Assembly: GCA_018646625.1 (NCBI GenBank) | Contig: JABGUJ010000002.1 | Location: 350,843-414,842, forward strand | DNA from: Candidatus Woesearchaeota archaeon | GTDB lineage: Archaea > Nanobdellota > Nanobdellia > Woesearchaeales > JABGUJ01 | Length of the DNA: 64,000 nt | Direction of reading: 5' to 3' | Shown: positions 10,280 to 19,776 of the stretch, piece after piece | Numbering within the stretch: position 1 is the first letter of the stretch | Layout: each line of letters starts with the position of its first letter | Notes under the pieces: generated by a model | What the model was told of the DNA's origin: nothing | What the model saw: the letters and a program-made list of their open reading frames with translations, nothing else | The model's database searches: none | Made by a program: the position numbers and the translations under genes

Positions 10280-10978
10280 CTATATTACAATAACAAGAAC
10301 GATAGACACTAGAAATAAGAAAATGCTTCCGCCAAGGCAACTCCAAGCTACACGTTCATCCATAGGAGATTCATTCCATCTAAGAGGAAATGTTTGAAAG
10401 AATTTCTTTACTTGGTCAGGCACAAGTTTAATGTTTTCTTTAATGTTTTTGAAGTAGGTAGGAATTTGTTCAGTAAAAAACTTTTGTAATCGTAAATTGA
10501 ATGAGTTCCAATCAAAACCTAATTTGATTTTGTCTAGTTCAGGTCTTGGTGGTTTGAAAAAGGTGTGCCATACTGGTTTAGGCAGAGGTTTAGGTATTGC
10601 GGCAGGTCTTGGTTGAGTTGAAGGTCTTTGTGCCACAGCCTTAGATTTTTGTTGTGTTGTTGTTTTTGGTTTTGTAACTGTTAATGGTTTATTTCTAATA
10701 ATTGGTTTCGTTTTTGTTGCAGGTTTTTTTATATTTAATGAGGATAATTTAGAGAAATCATCACTTTTTGGTTTTGGCTTACCTGCGACAGAAGAAAGAT
10801 TAGAAAGTGCAGATTTGGATTCTGCTTTATTTACGGGTTTCTTAGTTTTTAGTTGACTTAATTTATCAAAATCGTCAGGTGCCTTTGCTTTTGACTTTGT
10901 TTTGGTAATAGAGCCGAGATCAGAGATAGCGCTTGAAGAAGTCTTCTTTTTAGTACTCTTTTTAGCTGATGCTGGCAT
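10280..10978 (-). CDS. Lys/Pro-rich low-complexity protein with C-terminal TM
   Basis: Composition and repeated DDFxKLSxL segments. Confidence 0.55.
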   Translation of the reverse strand: MPASAKKSTKKKTSSSAISDLGSITKTKSKAKAPDDFDKLSQLKTKKPVNKAESKSALSNLSSVAGKPKPKSDDFSKLSSLNIKKPATKTKPIIRNKPLTVTKPKTTTQQKSKAVAQRPSTQPRPAAIPKPLPKPVWHTFFKPPRPELDKIKLGFDWNSFNLRLQKFFTEQIPTYFKNIKENIKLVPDQVKKFFQTFPLRWNESPMDERVAWSCLGGSIFLFLVSIVLVIVI

Positions 10979-11039
10979 CTAGTCACCTCTTTATATAATA
11001 AAAAAAGAAAAAAGGAGTTAATAAAACTATTTGTTTTTT

Positions 11040-11537
11040 TTACTCCTTTGGTGCTTCTTTGGGCTTAGATTCTTCTTTTGGAGCTTCAGCTTTTGCGTCT
11101 CCTTCTGTCTGCTCAGGAGCAGCTTCAGGTTTAGGCTCTAAAGGATCTTTACCGTACTTGAGTACTTTAAGATTAATTTGAGAAGTTATCTCAGATATTG
11201 TGTTACCTGCAACAGTTTTTCTAGTTCTCATACCGTTCATAGTTCTCTTCCCTTTCTTAGTCTTTTTACGGTATTTCTTTTTGTTGTTTAAACCAACACC
11301 TTTGATTGCTAAAATCTTTTTTCTTTGAGTTCCTTCAACGTCGGATCTCATAGGAAAACCAGCTTTATCACTACCACCAGTGATTTTAAACTCATAACCA
11401 GTCATGTCAAAAAGTTCACCTTTTATTGTTTGACCAAGTTTTTTTCCTAGAAGTGGTTGAGCATCTGTATCTTTTAGCTCTTTTTTGTGAGACTTACCTT
11501 CTTTGGTGTCTCCGATTACTAGTTTAAATTCTGCCAT
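11040..11537 (-). CDS. rps6e: 30S ribosomal protein S6e
   Basis: MAEFKLVIGD...ITGGSDKAGFPMR...RKTVAGN; start set at the ATG following a GGAGG SD. Confidence 0.93.
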   Translation of the reverse strand: MAEFKLVIGDTKEGKSHKKELKDTDAQPLLGKKLGQTIKGELFDMTGYEFKITGGSDKAGFPMRSDVEGTQRKKILAIKGVGLNNKKKYRKKTKKGKRTMNGMRTRKTVAGNTISEITSQINLKVLKYGKDPLEPKPEAAPEQTEGDAKAEAPKEESKPKEAPKE

Positions 11538-11680
11538 TTTTTTATCCTCCCGAGGCATTGAGTCCTTAACAGAACGTCCCATTGGGCGCCTCAGCTTTTA
11601 ACTGATGATTAACGAAGTCATTTATAAAGGTTTTGGCTAATTGAAAAAAGTTTAAATATAGGTTAAGTACTCGAATCTCG

Positions 11681-12478
11681 ATGTCAGAGCGCTTATTGAG
11701 CAACTTCAGCTTCGCAGGGTTAGAAACTTGTACAGTAGATGAAACTAGAGTGTTGCGTAAGAAATGGAATGAAACAATTTCGCAAGGAGATGTTCCTTCT
11801 GTAAATCAAATTTCTGAAGAGATTTCAAACTATTTTATTTCTGAAAGTGAAGTAGATGCAATGAAAAGTGTGCAAGGAGTATTTGATGAGATAGAAGGAA
11901 TAATGATTCATATATCTGCATTAGCAGATCAAAAGAAAAAAGTTTATGAAACTATGAACATCGGTAGAGTTAAAACAATCATTAATGAAGTTCCTGGAGC
12001 ATTGCAGAGAAATATTGACTTGTTTGAAAATTTGCTTAAGGTTCAACAAGGGTTATGTAATAATGTGCAATCATCTTTGTCGAGATTGAGATCAGGGAAG
12101 AATGATACAGTTCTTGATGCACTCGGTAAAGAAATGTTTTCTATTATGTGTGACGTATTAGGTAATGGCGAGGGTAGACTAAAGTATGAAGAGTTGATTA
12201 ATGAACAACAGTATGAACATATGAACGGCATAGTTGGCCAATTGAAAGATGGATACATGTTTCATTTTAGTGTGATAGATGAAATGCATACGCAATCTTT
12301 AGCAAAATTGTTAGAACAACAAGTTCCAGAAGAAGATAGAAAAATTAATGATCATTTAATGGAAAAAATGCTTTGCGTCGCTAATGCAGTTAATGTTGCG
12401 TATAATGCAAATTGGAAAATTATAGCAATGACTAGAAAATTGTTTTGTATTGTTAAAGAAACCGTGAATAGAATTTAG
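11681..12478 (+). CDS. Hypothetical helical protein
   Basis: 265-aa ORF with upstream TATA. Confidence 0.55.
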   Translation: MSERLLSNFSFAGLETCTVDETRVLRKKWNETISQGDVPSVNQISEEISNYFISESEVDAMKSVQGVFDEIEGIMIHISALADQKKKVYETMNIGRVKTIINEVPGALQRNIDLFENLLKVQQGLCNNVQSSLSRLRSGKNDTVLDALGKEMFSIMCDVLGNGEGRLKYEELINEQQYEHMNGIVGQLKDGYMFHFSVIDEMHTQSLAKLLEQQVPEEDRKINDHLMEKMLCVANAVNVAYNANWKIIAMTRKLFCIVKETVNRI

Positions 12479-12646
12479 AGTGTTATTAACAAAGAGAATA
12501 ATGCCAATCCAATAAAGGCGGCGGCTCCAGTTAATATCAATTTTTTCTCATCCTTGAATCTGCTCATCTCTGAAACATCCAAAATCATCAATTATAAAGC
12601 TTTCGAATGGTTTGCATGTATAGAATTAGCAGTTTACAGACGTTAA

Positions 12647-13060
12647 TTACTTGTTTTGCATAAGCCTTAGCGAAGGTTGATCACAATAAGGACATCTTTT
12701 AACAGGTGAATCTTCTCTTCGTAACATTACAAAACCGCAGTTTATGCATTTGTATTTTAACTTCTCTTCTTCCACAGAACGTATGAACGGTTCTATGTTA
12801 GGTTTGTTGAAAACAGGATATTCCGGTTCAGGTTTTGGTTCTTTCTCTCCTACTCTATCAACATCTTTAACCAAAGGATTGGGTTTTTTTCGCACAGGAA
12901 TTGGATCATCCGATATTTTAGTTATCTTACTACCAGGATTATCTAAGCAATTTTTGCAAACTAAAGCTTCAGATCTAGAATCTAATTGCATGTGGGTGAT
13001 AGGTAAATCTAATCCACACTTTGTGCAAACAACAATGACCTCTCTGTATGTGTCCCCCAT
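12647..13060 (-). CDS. Double zinc-ribbon protein
   Basis: Four CxxC pairs. Confidence 0.65.
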   Translation of the reverse strand: MGDTYREVIVVCTKCGLDLPITHMQLDSRSEALVCKNCLDNPGSKITKISDDPIPVRKKPNPLVKDVDRVGEKEPKPEPEYPVFNKPNIEPFIRSVEEEKLKYKCINCGFVMLRREDSPVKRCPYCDQPSLRLMQNK

Positions 13061-13153
13061 AAGGATAGGATGGTAAGAGGAGTTTAAATAATTTTAGTAG
13101 AGTATTTTTAAAGAGAATTTAAAGGTCCAGAGTCATCCTAACTTAGAGACGAA

Positions 13154-14224
13154 TTAACGTTTTAATTTAGGGTCATAGACTTTGACCAGCTCTCGGTATA
13201 CTTCCATTAAAGTAACTCTGTAAACGGAGTATACTGGAATGGCAAGAATCATTCCTAATGGACCAAGAAGTTTTGCTCCAACTAATATAAGTACTAAAGA
13301 AAGTAGCGGATCAATTTTGACTTTACTAGAAATCATAAAGGGAATTATGTATAAATTATCTAAAAGTTGCGCTACCACTATTGTTCCTAAAACCCAATAT
13401 ACAGTCGTGATGGATGGATGAACAAACGCTAAAAATAGTGGAGGTATGGCTCCAAGAAATGGACCAAGGTAAGGAATTATGTTTAGGAATCCTGCGAGTA
13501 TTGCAAGAAATAACCAACCTTTAAGTCCACCAAAGTAAAATCCAATTGCACATACACATGCTATTATGAATGACTCAACTAATTTTGCAGTAAAAAAGGA
13601 ATAAAGTTCATTTGATGCATCATTGTATACACCTTCAAATGCTTTTTTAAACTTTATAGGCACCAGTTCAAGTATTTTATCTGCTAGTTCTCTTCGCCTT
13701 GCAAAATAAATGTAAAATAATAATGGTATGATTAAAATTGAGTTTACTAATATTGATGCAGTTGATGAAACTGTATCTGCTAAGAATTTTCCAAAGAAAT
13801 CTGTAAATCTTAATATATAGTCTTCAGTAAAAAACTTATCTTGAATATTTTTAGGAATAAGTGTGTCTACTTTTTCTCCAATTAAAGTTGATATTCCCTG
13901 ATTGGATTCTCGCACGGTTGACATTAGCTGACCCATGTCTGCGCTTGTGAATGAAACTAAGTAGTAAATGAATCCTAACCAGAACACAATTACTATTGCA
14001 ACAGATAAGAATCGAAATATTCCATCTTTTGGAAATCGCCCAAAAAGCTTTTCTAGCTTTCCAAGAAATAATCTTGTGACTAATATAAGTGCAAAACCAA
14101 TAATGAATGTTACGAAAATGTTCTCAAAATAGAATACCAGAGAGAATACCGCAGTTAAAGCTAGAGCAAATAATAAAGTAAATTGCCACACTTTAGTATT
14201 TATTGTCAGAGCCAGAATTAACAC
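13154..14224 (-). CDS. AI-2E family transporter
   Basis: Multi-TM; NIIPYLGP and GPLGMILAIP motifs. Confidence 0.85.
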   Translation of the reverse strand: MLILALTINTKVWQFTLLFALALTAVFSLVFYFENIFVTFIIGFALILVTRLFLGKLEKLFGRFPKDGIFRFLSVAIVIVFWLGFIYYLVSFTSADMGQLMSTVRESNQGISTLIGEKVDTLIPKNIQDKFFTEDYILRFTDFFGKFLADTVSSTASILVNSILIIPLLFYIYFARRRELADKILELVPIKFKKAFEGVYNDASNELYSFFTAKLVESFIIACVCAIGFYFGGLKGWLFLAILAGFLNIIPYLGPFLGAIPPLFLAFVHPSITTVYWVLGTIVVAQLLDNLYIIPFMISSKVKIDPLLSLVLILVGAKLLGPLGMILAIPVYSVYRVTLMEVYRELVKVYDPKLKR

Positions 14225-14436
14225 CTCTCTTTGCTGATTTTAATATATAGGGAGGGTGCTTATAAACTTTGTGATTGATGTTAGGAGATAATTTTATAAA
14301 TACTATTTCAATATTGGTGATAGAAGAGAAGAACGGACGGAATCCGCGAGGCAATATATTATCGGAACCTTGCATTCTAAAACAATTCATTGAAAATGAT
14401 TATGTACGAAAATTCGTTCAATTGGAGGAATATAAG

Positions 14437-15936
14437 ATGACAATCCAAAAGGATTCGAAAGACAAAATCTCCGGTTTGAAGTCAAATGACTTTTTTAGCG
14501 GAGTAGTTAAAATTTTAAGAAAAGCAAAACCAGGACCAGTAATATTACAGGTTAGCGATGGGGTTTGCACAATAGATGCAGTCTCAAAAGAATGTGAATT
14601 TGAAACTGGAGATGTAATTAAGCTATCAGGCTTTGTTAATGAAAGAGCAGGCAGAATGCAGATAGAGATTAAATCTGTGTTTAAATCAGATAAAAACTTT
14701 GATGATATTCTAGAAGAGAATAGTAAACCAAAAAGACAAGAGTTGTCTATGCAATCAGATAAACTTGAGAAGTTAAAACCATACTTCTTGAAAATTGCTG
14801 CTAGAATTCGAAGATCGATCTTTGATGGACAGCCAATAATGATCAGACACCATGCAGATGCAGATGGTATAACTTCCGCGCTATGTATTGAGAAAGCTTG
14901 CGTTTCATTAATGACTGAGATAGGTATGGAAAGCCATTATAACTTTTTTAGAAGCCCTAGTAAAGCACCATTCTATGAAGTAATGGATGTATTGAAAGAT
15001 ATTACATTCTCAACTAAATTTATCGCAGGTCATGGTCAGAAGAAACCTTTGATTTTGATACTTGATAACGGTTCTACTCCTGAAGATGTTTTTGCAATGA
15101 AGATTTGTAAAGATTTGGGGTATGAAGTTATAGTTATTGATCACCACAATCCTGTTGAATATGAAGGTAACAAAACAGCAGTATGCCCATATGTTAGTTT
15201 ACATGTGAATCCATACATGGAAGGATTTGATGGACAAGTAACAGCGGGAATGGAATGTTATGAGATCGCCAGATTTGTGAATGAAACTTTTGATAACAAA
15301 GTTCTACCTGCTTTAAGCGCAATAGGGGATAGAAGTGATATTGATGAGGCTCACGCTTACATTAAAAACAGCGGAGTTCCTGAAGAAGAGTTGCGTGACA
15401 TGGTCATTGCATTAGATTATTTGGCATATAACTTACGTCATGATTCTGGAAAAGGCGTTTATGAAGAAGTTCTTGACAACAAGGCGTTTGTTAAGACATT
15501 AATTTCTCAAGTAAATAAAGGTGTTGAGACGCAGTTGCAAAGTACTTTACCTTATCTTAGAACTCAAACTATTGGTGGTGTTTGCTTTTCTTATATTGAT
15601 TTGGCAAAATACACACTAAGGTTTACTTATCCTACGCCCGGTAAGTTGATTGGAATAATCCATGATCAAGTTAAAACAGGAAAAGAAGCACAGCCAGTAT
15701 TGTCGTTAGGTATATTGCCTGATATGATAATCTTCCGTGCAACTGAACCAGTCTTGCCTGTGCAAGAAGTAATCGACAGATTGCAGAAGGAAGTTCCTGA
15801 AGCTAACGTTGATGGTGGTGGACACGAATGTGCTGGTACGATTAAGTTTGTAGAGGCTCATAAGGATTATGTCTTTGAAAGCATTAAAAGAATGCTTAGA
15901 GAGAAAAGAGAAGCGCAAATGAAGTTAGAGGAATAA
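14437..15936 (+). CDS. RecJ-like DHH/DHHA1 phosphoesterase with OB fold
   Basis: RHHADADG, LDNGST, IDHH, GGGHECAG; start set at MTIQK after GGAGG. Confidence 0.85.
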   Translation: MTIQKDSKDKISGLKSNDFFSGVVKILRKAKPGPVILQVSDGVCTIDAVSKECEFETGDVIKLSGFVNERAGRMQIEIKSVFKSDKNFDDILEENSKPKRQELSMQSDKLEKLKPYFLKIAARIRRSIFDGQPIMIRHHADADGITSALCIEKACVSLMTEIGMESHYNFFRSPSKAPFYEVMDVLKDITFSTKFIAGHGQKKPLILILDNGSTPEDVFAMKICKDLGYEVIVIDHHNPVEYEGNKTAVCPYVSLHVNPYMEGFDGQVTAGMECYEIARFVNETFDNKVLPALSAIGDRSDIDEAHAYIKNSGVPEEELRDMVIALDYLAYNLRHDSGKGVYEEVLDNKAFVKTLISQVNKGVETQLQSTLPYLRTQTIGGVCFSYIDLAKYTLRFTYPTPGKLIGIIHDQVKTGKEAQPVLSLGILPDMIIFRATEPVLPVQEVIDRLQKEVPEANVDGGGHECAGTIKFVEAHKDYVFESIKRMLREKREAQMKLEE

Positions 15937-15937
15937 G

Positions 15938-16684
15938 TTATTCCTCTGCGCAATGATCCCATATGAACTGCCAGAACTTCCTGTAACCATCTGCAAGATT
16001 CTGGCTTTTTAGAACAAACGCAATTGGTTCTTCTGGTAGAACTCCTACCTTAGACCCCATGAATGTTATGACATATGGACCGAAGATATCTACCATAGCT
16101 AGTCCTGAATACTTTTTTGGGAGAAATTTGTAGGGTTTTCCAACTAATTTTAAAATTTCAGGCATTTCTTCTTTAACTTCATGATCAAATAAGTGTTTAA
16201 ATTTAATTCCTAAACGTTTACGTTCTCTTTCAAATCTTGGAAGAAAAGATTTTAGTCTTGGATCTAACCAAATTGCTTTTGCTCCAACAAAGTATACTGT
16301 TTCTTTTGTTTTAAGAATGTCCTGAAGATAGTTTTTGAATCCTTCAATACCTTTGTAAATATAGGCTTCTTCTTTTTCTTCTATTGCTTCGTATCTTTTT
16401 TGCATCTCAGGCAAAGCTTTGTTTATTTTTTCTTCTTTCTCTTTGATTAACTCTAGAAGTCTTCTTGGATTAATAGCTTTGAAATTTTTTTCTCCTTTAA
16501 TGAAAACCTCAGATGCTAATCCTTTCTCAGAAAGTTTACTTAATGAATCGTAAACATTTCTTCTGTGTACGCCAGAAGATAAAGAAATGGTTTGCACTGA
16601 TGCTTCTCCGGTTTTAAGAAGCGCCTCGTACACTCTAGCTTCGTTAGGGCTTAATCCAATTTCTCTTAAGAGTTCTTCGTGCAT
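15938..16684 (-). CDS. TrmB-family transcriptional regulator
   Basis: IGLSPNEARVYEALL wHTH with VYDSL..L..KGL. Confidence 0.85.
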   Translation of the reverse strand: MHEELLREIGLSPNEARVYEALLKTGEASVQTISLSSGVHRRNVYDSLSKLSEKGLASEVFIKGEKNFKAINPRRLLELIKEKEEKINKALPEMQKRYEAIEEKEEAYIYKGIEGFKNYLQDILKTKETVYFVGAKAIWLDPRLKSFLPRFERERKRLGIKFKHLFDHEVKEEMPEILKLVGKPYKFLPKKYSGLAMVDIFGPYVITFMGSKVGVLPEEPIAFVLKSQNLADGYRKFWQFIWDHCAEE

Positions 16685-16855
16685 AGTATATAAACAAAGT
16701 AAGGTTCTTTATAAAGGTTGCGAATATTGGTGGTAAGTGCCACCGCCAGAGTTTATATAGTTAATTATCCCTTAGTGACAATAGGTTGAAGTTGGGTGTT
16801 TAGGTAGATTTTCAAGAAATTTACGAAATAGCGATAGCTATAACAGAGGTGTAAA

Positions 16856-18298
16856 ATGCAATTCATATCACAAACAACAGGATATTGGTTTTTGTTGATA
16901 TTTAGTCTCAGTATGATTTTGATAACCTATCTTTTTTCCAGAGTTAGAAAATGGAAAAACAAAGATAGTTTCTTAGTAGCAGGAAGAAAAGTAAAATGGT
17001 GGTTGGGTGGACCAAGTATTGCTGCGTCTTGGATTTGGGCAGGTGCTTTGTTTGTTTCTGTACAAATGGCATATCAAAAAGGTTTGGCAGGCATATTTTG
17101 GTTTACGTTTCCTAATGTATTGGCGTTAGCGCTATTTGCGTTTTGGGCTCCACAGATAAGAAAGAAGTTTGTTAATGGTTATACTTTGCCGCAGTTTATT
17201 AAACATAAACTTGGTTGCGATAAAGTTCACAAAATATATCTCATTCCATTCTTTTTTATTCAATTGATTGCAATAATCTTTAACGTGTTTGCGGGAGGAA
17301 CAATGATTTCCCTCCTTACAGGAATACCTATGGTTCAAGTAGTCCCAGTGTTGGCAATAGTCGCATTATTGTACACATTGATATCAGGAGTAGAAGCATC
17401 AATCATTACAGATTTTATTCAGATGACATTGATCATTGGAGGTATTGCAATTATAGTTCCTTGGGCATTTCATGCAGCAGGTGGAGCTAGTGTTGTAAGT
17501 GCAGGACTAGGCGGATTAAGTGGCGGTTTTAGAAATATATTTCATCCAGGTGTTGCATTTTCATTAGGAATCGTTAGTTCAATTGGTTTAATCTCTTCAA
17601 CGATTGCAGATCAACAATATTGGCAAAGAACTTTTGCAATGAAAGATGGACACATTGCCAAATCATTTCTGTTTGGTGCTGTACTGTTTGCGTTGGTTCC
17701 AATTGTTCTTTCGTTATTAGGTTTTATAGGCGCAAGTCCTAGTTCAGGAGTTGTGTTACCGGCAGGAGTAGATCCATCCATGATTGGAGTTGTGACGGTG
17801 TCAAGTTTATTACCCTCGTGGGCGACTGCATTGTTCGTATTGATATTGTTGGCAGGACTGAGTTCAACAGTAGACTCGGCAATATCTGCTACAAGTTCAT
17901 TATGGGCAACAGATGTTGTAAAAAGTGGAGATGATAAAACAGTAATTAGGAAGTCAAGGTATGCTATGATTGGAGTTACTCTTATAGGATTAGCTTGCGT
18001 GTATATCATCATGAGCATTACAGGAATGGGACTAAATCATCTTTGGTTATTGAGTATTTCAGTTGCCGCATCCATCTCTGTTCCAACAGTGTTGAGCGTA
18101 TATTGGGATAGATTGAGTGCGAAAGGCGTTTTTTGGGGCGTATTGATAGCGATGATAGTTGGCATGCCAGTATTTTTTTATGCAAACCTGGTCGATAACA
18201 CCATCTGGGTAGTAATGGCTTCGTTGTTTATGATTGCAATTAGTACTGCATTTTGTGTATTGATGCCAAAGAAAGATGTTGTTGTATTGAGAAGTTAA
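16856..18298 (+). CDS. Sodium:solute symporter (DUR3/urea-like)
   Basis: About 13 TM; FLVAGR, ASWIW, SIITDFIQ, YWQR, SSTVDS. Confidence 0.85.
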   Translation: MQFISQTTGYWFLLIFSLSMILITYLFSRVRKWKNKDSFLVAGRKVKWWLGGPSIAASWIWAGALFVSVQMAYQKGLAGIFWFTFPNVLALALFAFWAPQIRKKFVNGYTLPQFIKHKLGCDKVHKIYLIPFFFIQLIAIIFNVFAGGTMISLLTGIPMVQVVPVLAIVALLYTLISGVEASIITDFIQMTLIIGGIAIIVPWAFHAAGGASVVSAGLGGLSGGFRNIFHPGVAFSLGIVSSIGLISSTIADQQYWQRTFAMKDGHIAKSFLFGAVLFALVPIVLSLLGFIGASPSSGVVLPAGVDPSMIGVVTVSSLLPSWATALFVLILLAGLSSTVDSAISATSSLWATDVVKSGDDKTVIRKSRYAMIGVTLIGLACVYIIMSITGMGLNHLWLLSISVAASISVPTVLSVYWDRLSAKGVFWGVLIAMIVGMPVFFYANLVDNTIWVVMASLFMIAISTAFCVLMPKKDVVVLRS

Positions 18299-18309
18299 AA
18301 AGAAAAAAA

Positions 18310-18699
18310 TTAGCTTCGCCACAAGCCATGGATGTTGCAAAGAGCTCTTGCAGAAATATTCTCGGTACTTTCGAGATGAAACTCTGCTTCGGGCTTTTCG
18401 CCAGGCATTAGTCTGACACCTGCAATGATCCTGTCGCCACCCATTATTTGGATTAAGATTATGTGATGATCTTGATCCATAGGATGTGGCGTTGAGCCAA
18501 CCACAACTTTGACTTTGTTTCCATCAATAGTCATGACTGGAACGTGTTTTTCGTTCCCTTCTGACTCTTTTGTCATAGATTTTAACTCAGTCATAGGTTG
18601 ACCGCAACAGTTTAGCGGAATACCTTTGTCTTCTAAAAGTGAAGCAAGGTTTCCACAAACATCGCATTTGAATACCTTATCGGTCATTCTTAGCAACAC
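18310..18699 (-). CDS. dfx: Desulfoferrodoxin (superoxide reductase; start probably MTDKV)
   Basis: CxxCGN..CCG, EKHVP, HPM..DHHI, CNIHGLW. Confidence 0.92.
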   Translation of the reverse strand: MLLRMTDKVFKCDVCGNLASLLEDKGIPLNCCGQPMTELKSMTKESEGNEKHVPVMTIDGNKVKVVVGSTPHPMDQDHHIILIQIMGGDRIIAGVRLMPGEKPEAEFHLESTENISARALCNIHGLWRS

Positions 18700-19232
18700 C
18701 CACAGTCATCTTCAAAACACATACATTCAGGTTCAAAGTATCCCTTTTCATGTTTACAAGATGGACATTTGTCAGGAGGCATTTCGCCTTCGTGTATATG
18801 GCCGCACTTGCTGCATTTCCACTTGATTGGTTTATCTCTTTTGAAGACAGTTCCATTTTCTACCATTTCAAGAAGTTTTTTGTATCTTGCTTCATGGTGG
18901 GATTCAACATTTGCAATTCTTTTGAATAATTCAGCAGCTTCCATGTTGCCCTCTTCTTCAGCTTCTTTAGCAAAAGTCGGATACATGTCAGTTGTTTCGT
19001 AATGCTCGCCATCCATTGCGGCTTTAAGGTTAGTTTTAGTGTCACCAATGCCTTTCAGAAGTTTAAACTCGTCTTTTGCGTGTTGCATCTCGTTGTCCGC
19101 GGTTTCTTCAAAGATCTTAGCTATGTAGTGATAGCCTTCTTTTCTCGCAACTTTTGCAAAATATGTGTATTTGTTTCTAGCTTGACTTTCGCCTGCGAAA
19201 GCAGCTTGAAGATTTTCGTCTGTTTTACTCAT
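18690..19232 (-). CDS. rbr: Rubrerythrin
   Basis: [12 protein letters not shown], ExxH pairs, C-terminal rubredoxin domain. Confidence 0.93.
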   Translation of the reverse strand: MSKTDENLQAAFAGESQARNKYTYFAKVARKEGYHYIAKIFEETADNEMQHAKDEFKLLKGIGDTKTNLKAAMDGEHYETTDMYPTFAKEAEEEGNMEAAELFKRIANVESHHEARYKKLLEMVENGTVFKRDKPIKWKCSKCGHIHEGEMPPDKCPSCKHEKGYFEPECMCFEDDCGCC

Positions 19233-19479
19233 TTTTCTCTTCCTCCTCTAATTTCATTGCAAAGAAATCGTTAAGTGACTTGTCTGTGACAATCCCTTCA
19301 GGATGTTCTTGAAGGAACTCTTTGAATAGTTTCATAAGGTTGGCGTCTTGTTCTAAGACTAAACCAATTAGTTCTTCTTTTGATAATTTTTCTAGCTCTT
19401 CTCGATTCATGCTGCTAGCCTCACAGTTGTTACAGTGATAATTGCTAGAATATCTATTAGCACAAGAAAATAAAAACAA
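19225..19479 (-). CDS. Small hypothetical protein (probable start MNREE)
   Basis: Co-oriented and overlapping with rbr. Confidence 0.45.
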   Translation of the reverse strand: MFLFSCANRYSSNYHCNNCEASSMNREELEKLSKEELIGLVLEQDANLMKLFKEFLQEHPEGIVTDKSLNDFFAMKLEEEEKNE

Positions 19480-19724
19480 ATTCTAAGGACAGACCCTAAA
19501 GATTTGTACTTAGTGGAAAGCCAAATTAAGAGTGATGCTAATAAATAGAAGAATGCAAACATGATTATTAATGCAATAAATTGTGCCCATAAAGGATTTG
19601 ATGTAGCGAAGAAGTTGATTATGGCTTCAAAAAATACGAACGCACCAAGCACTAAAGTAACGATTAACTTTGTTTCAGATAATCCAAGAAAACTCTCTGA
19701 GTGTTTTTTCAGTCTTAGTTTCAT
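19407..19724 (-). CDS. Small membrane protein
   Basis: Three hydrophobic helices. Confidence 0.55.
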   Translation of the reverse strand: MKLRLKKHSESFLGLSETKLIVTLVLGAFVFFEAIINFFATSNPLWAQFIALIIMFAFFYLLASLLIWLSTKYKSLGSVLRICFYFLVLIDILAIITVTTVRLAA

Positions 19725-19776
19725 ACATCAACCACCTAGGCTGTAGCTGGCAATGAGCCTTTATAAATGTTATGCA

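Noticed and set aside
14275..14436. N-terminal extension of the DHH protein in the ORF track
   Set aside because: Better SD and start at 14437; the extension overlaps promoter-like sequence
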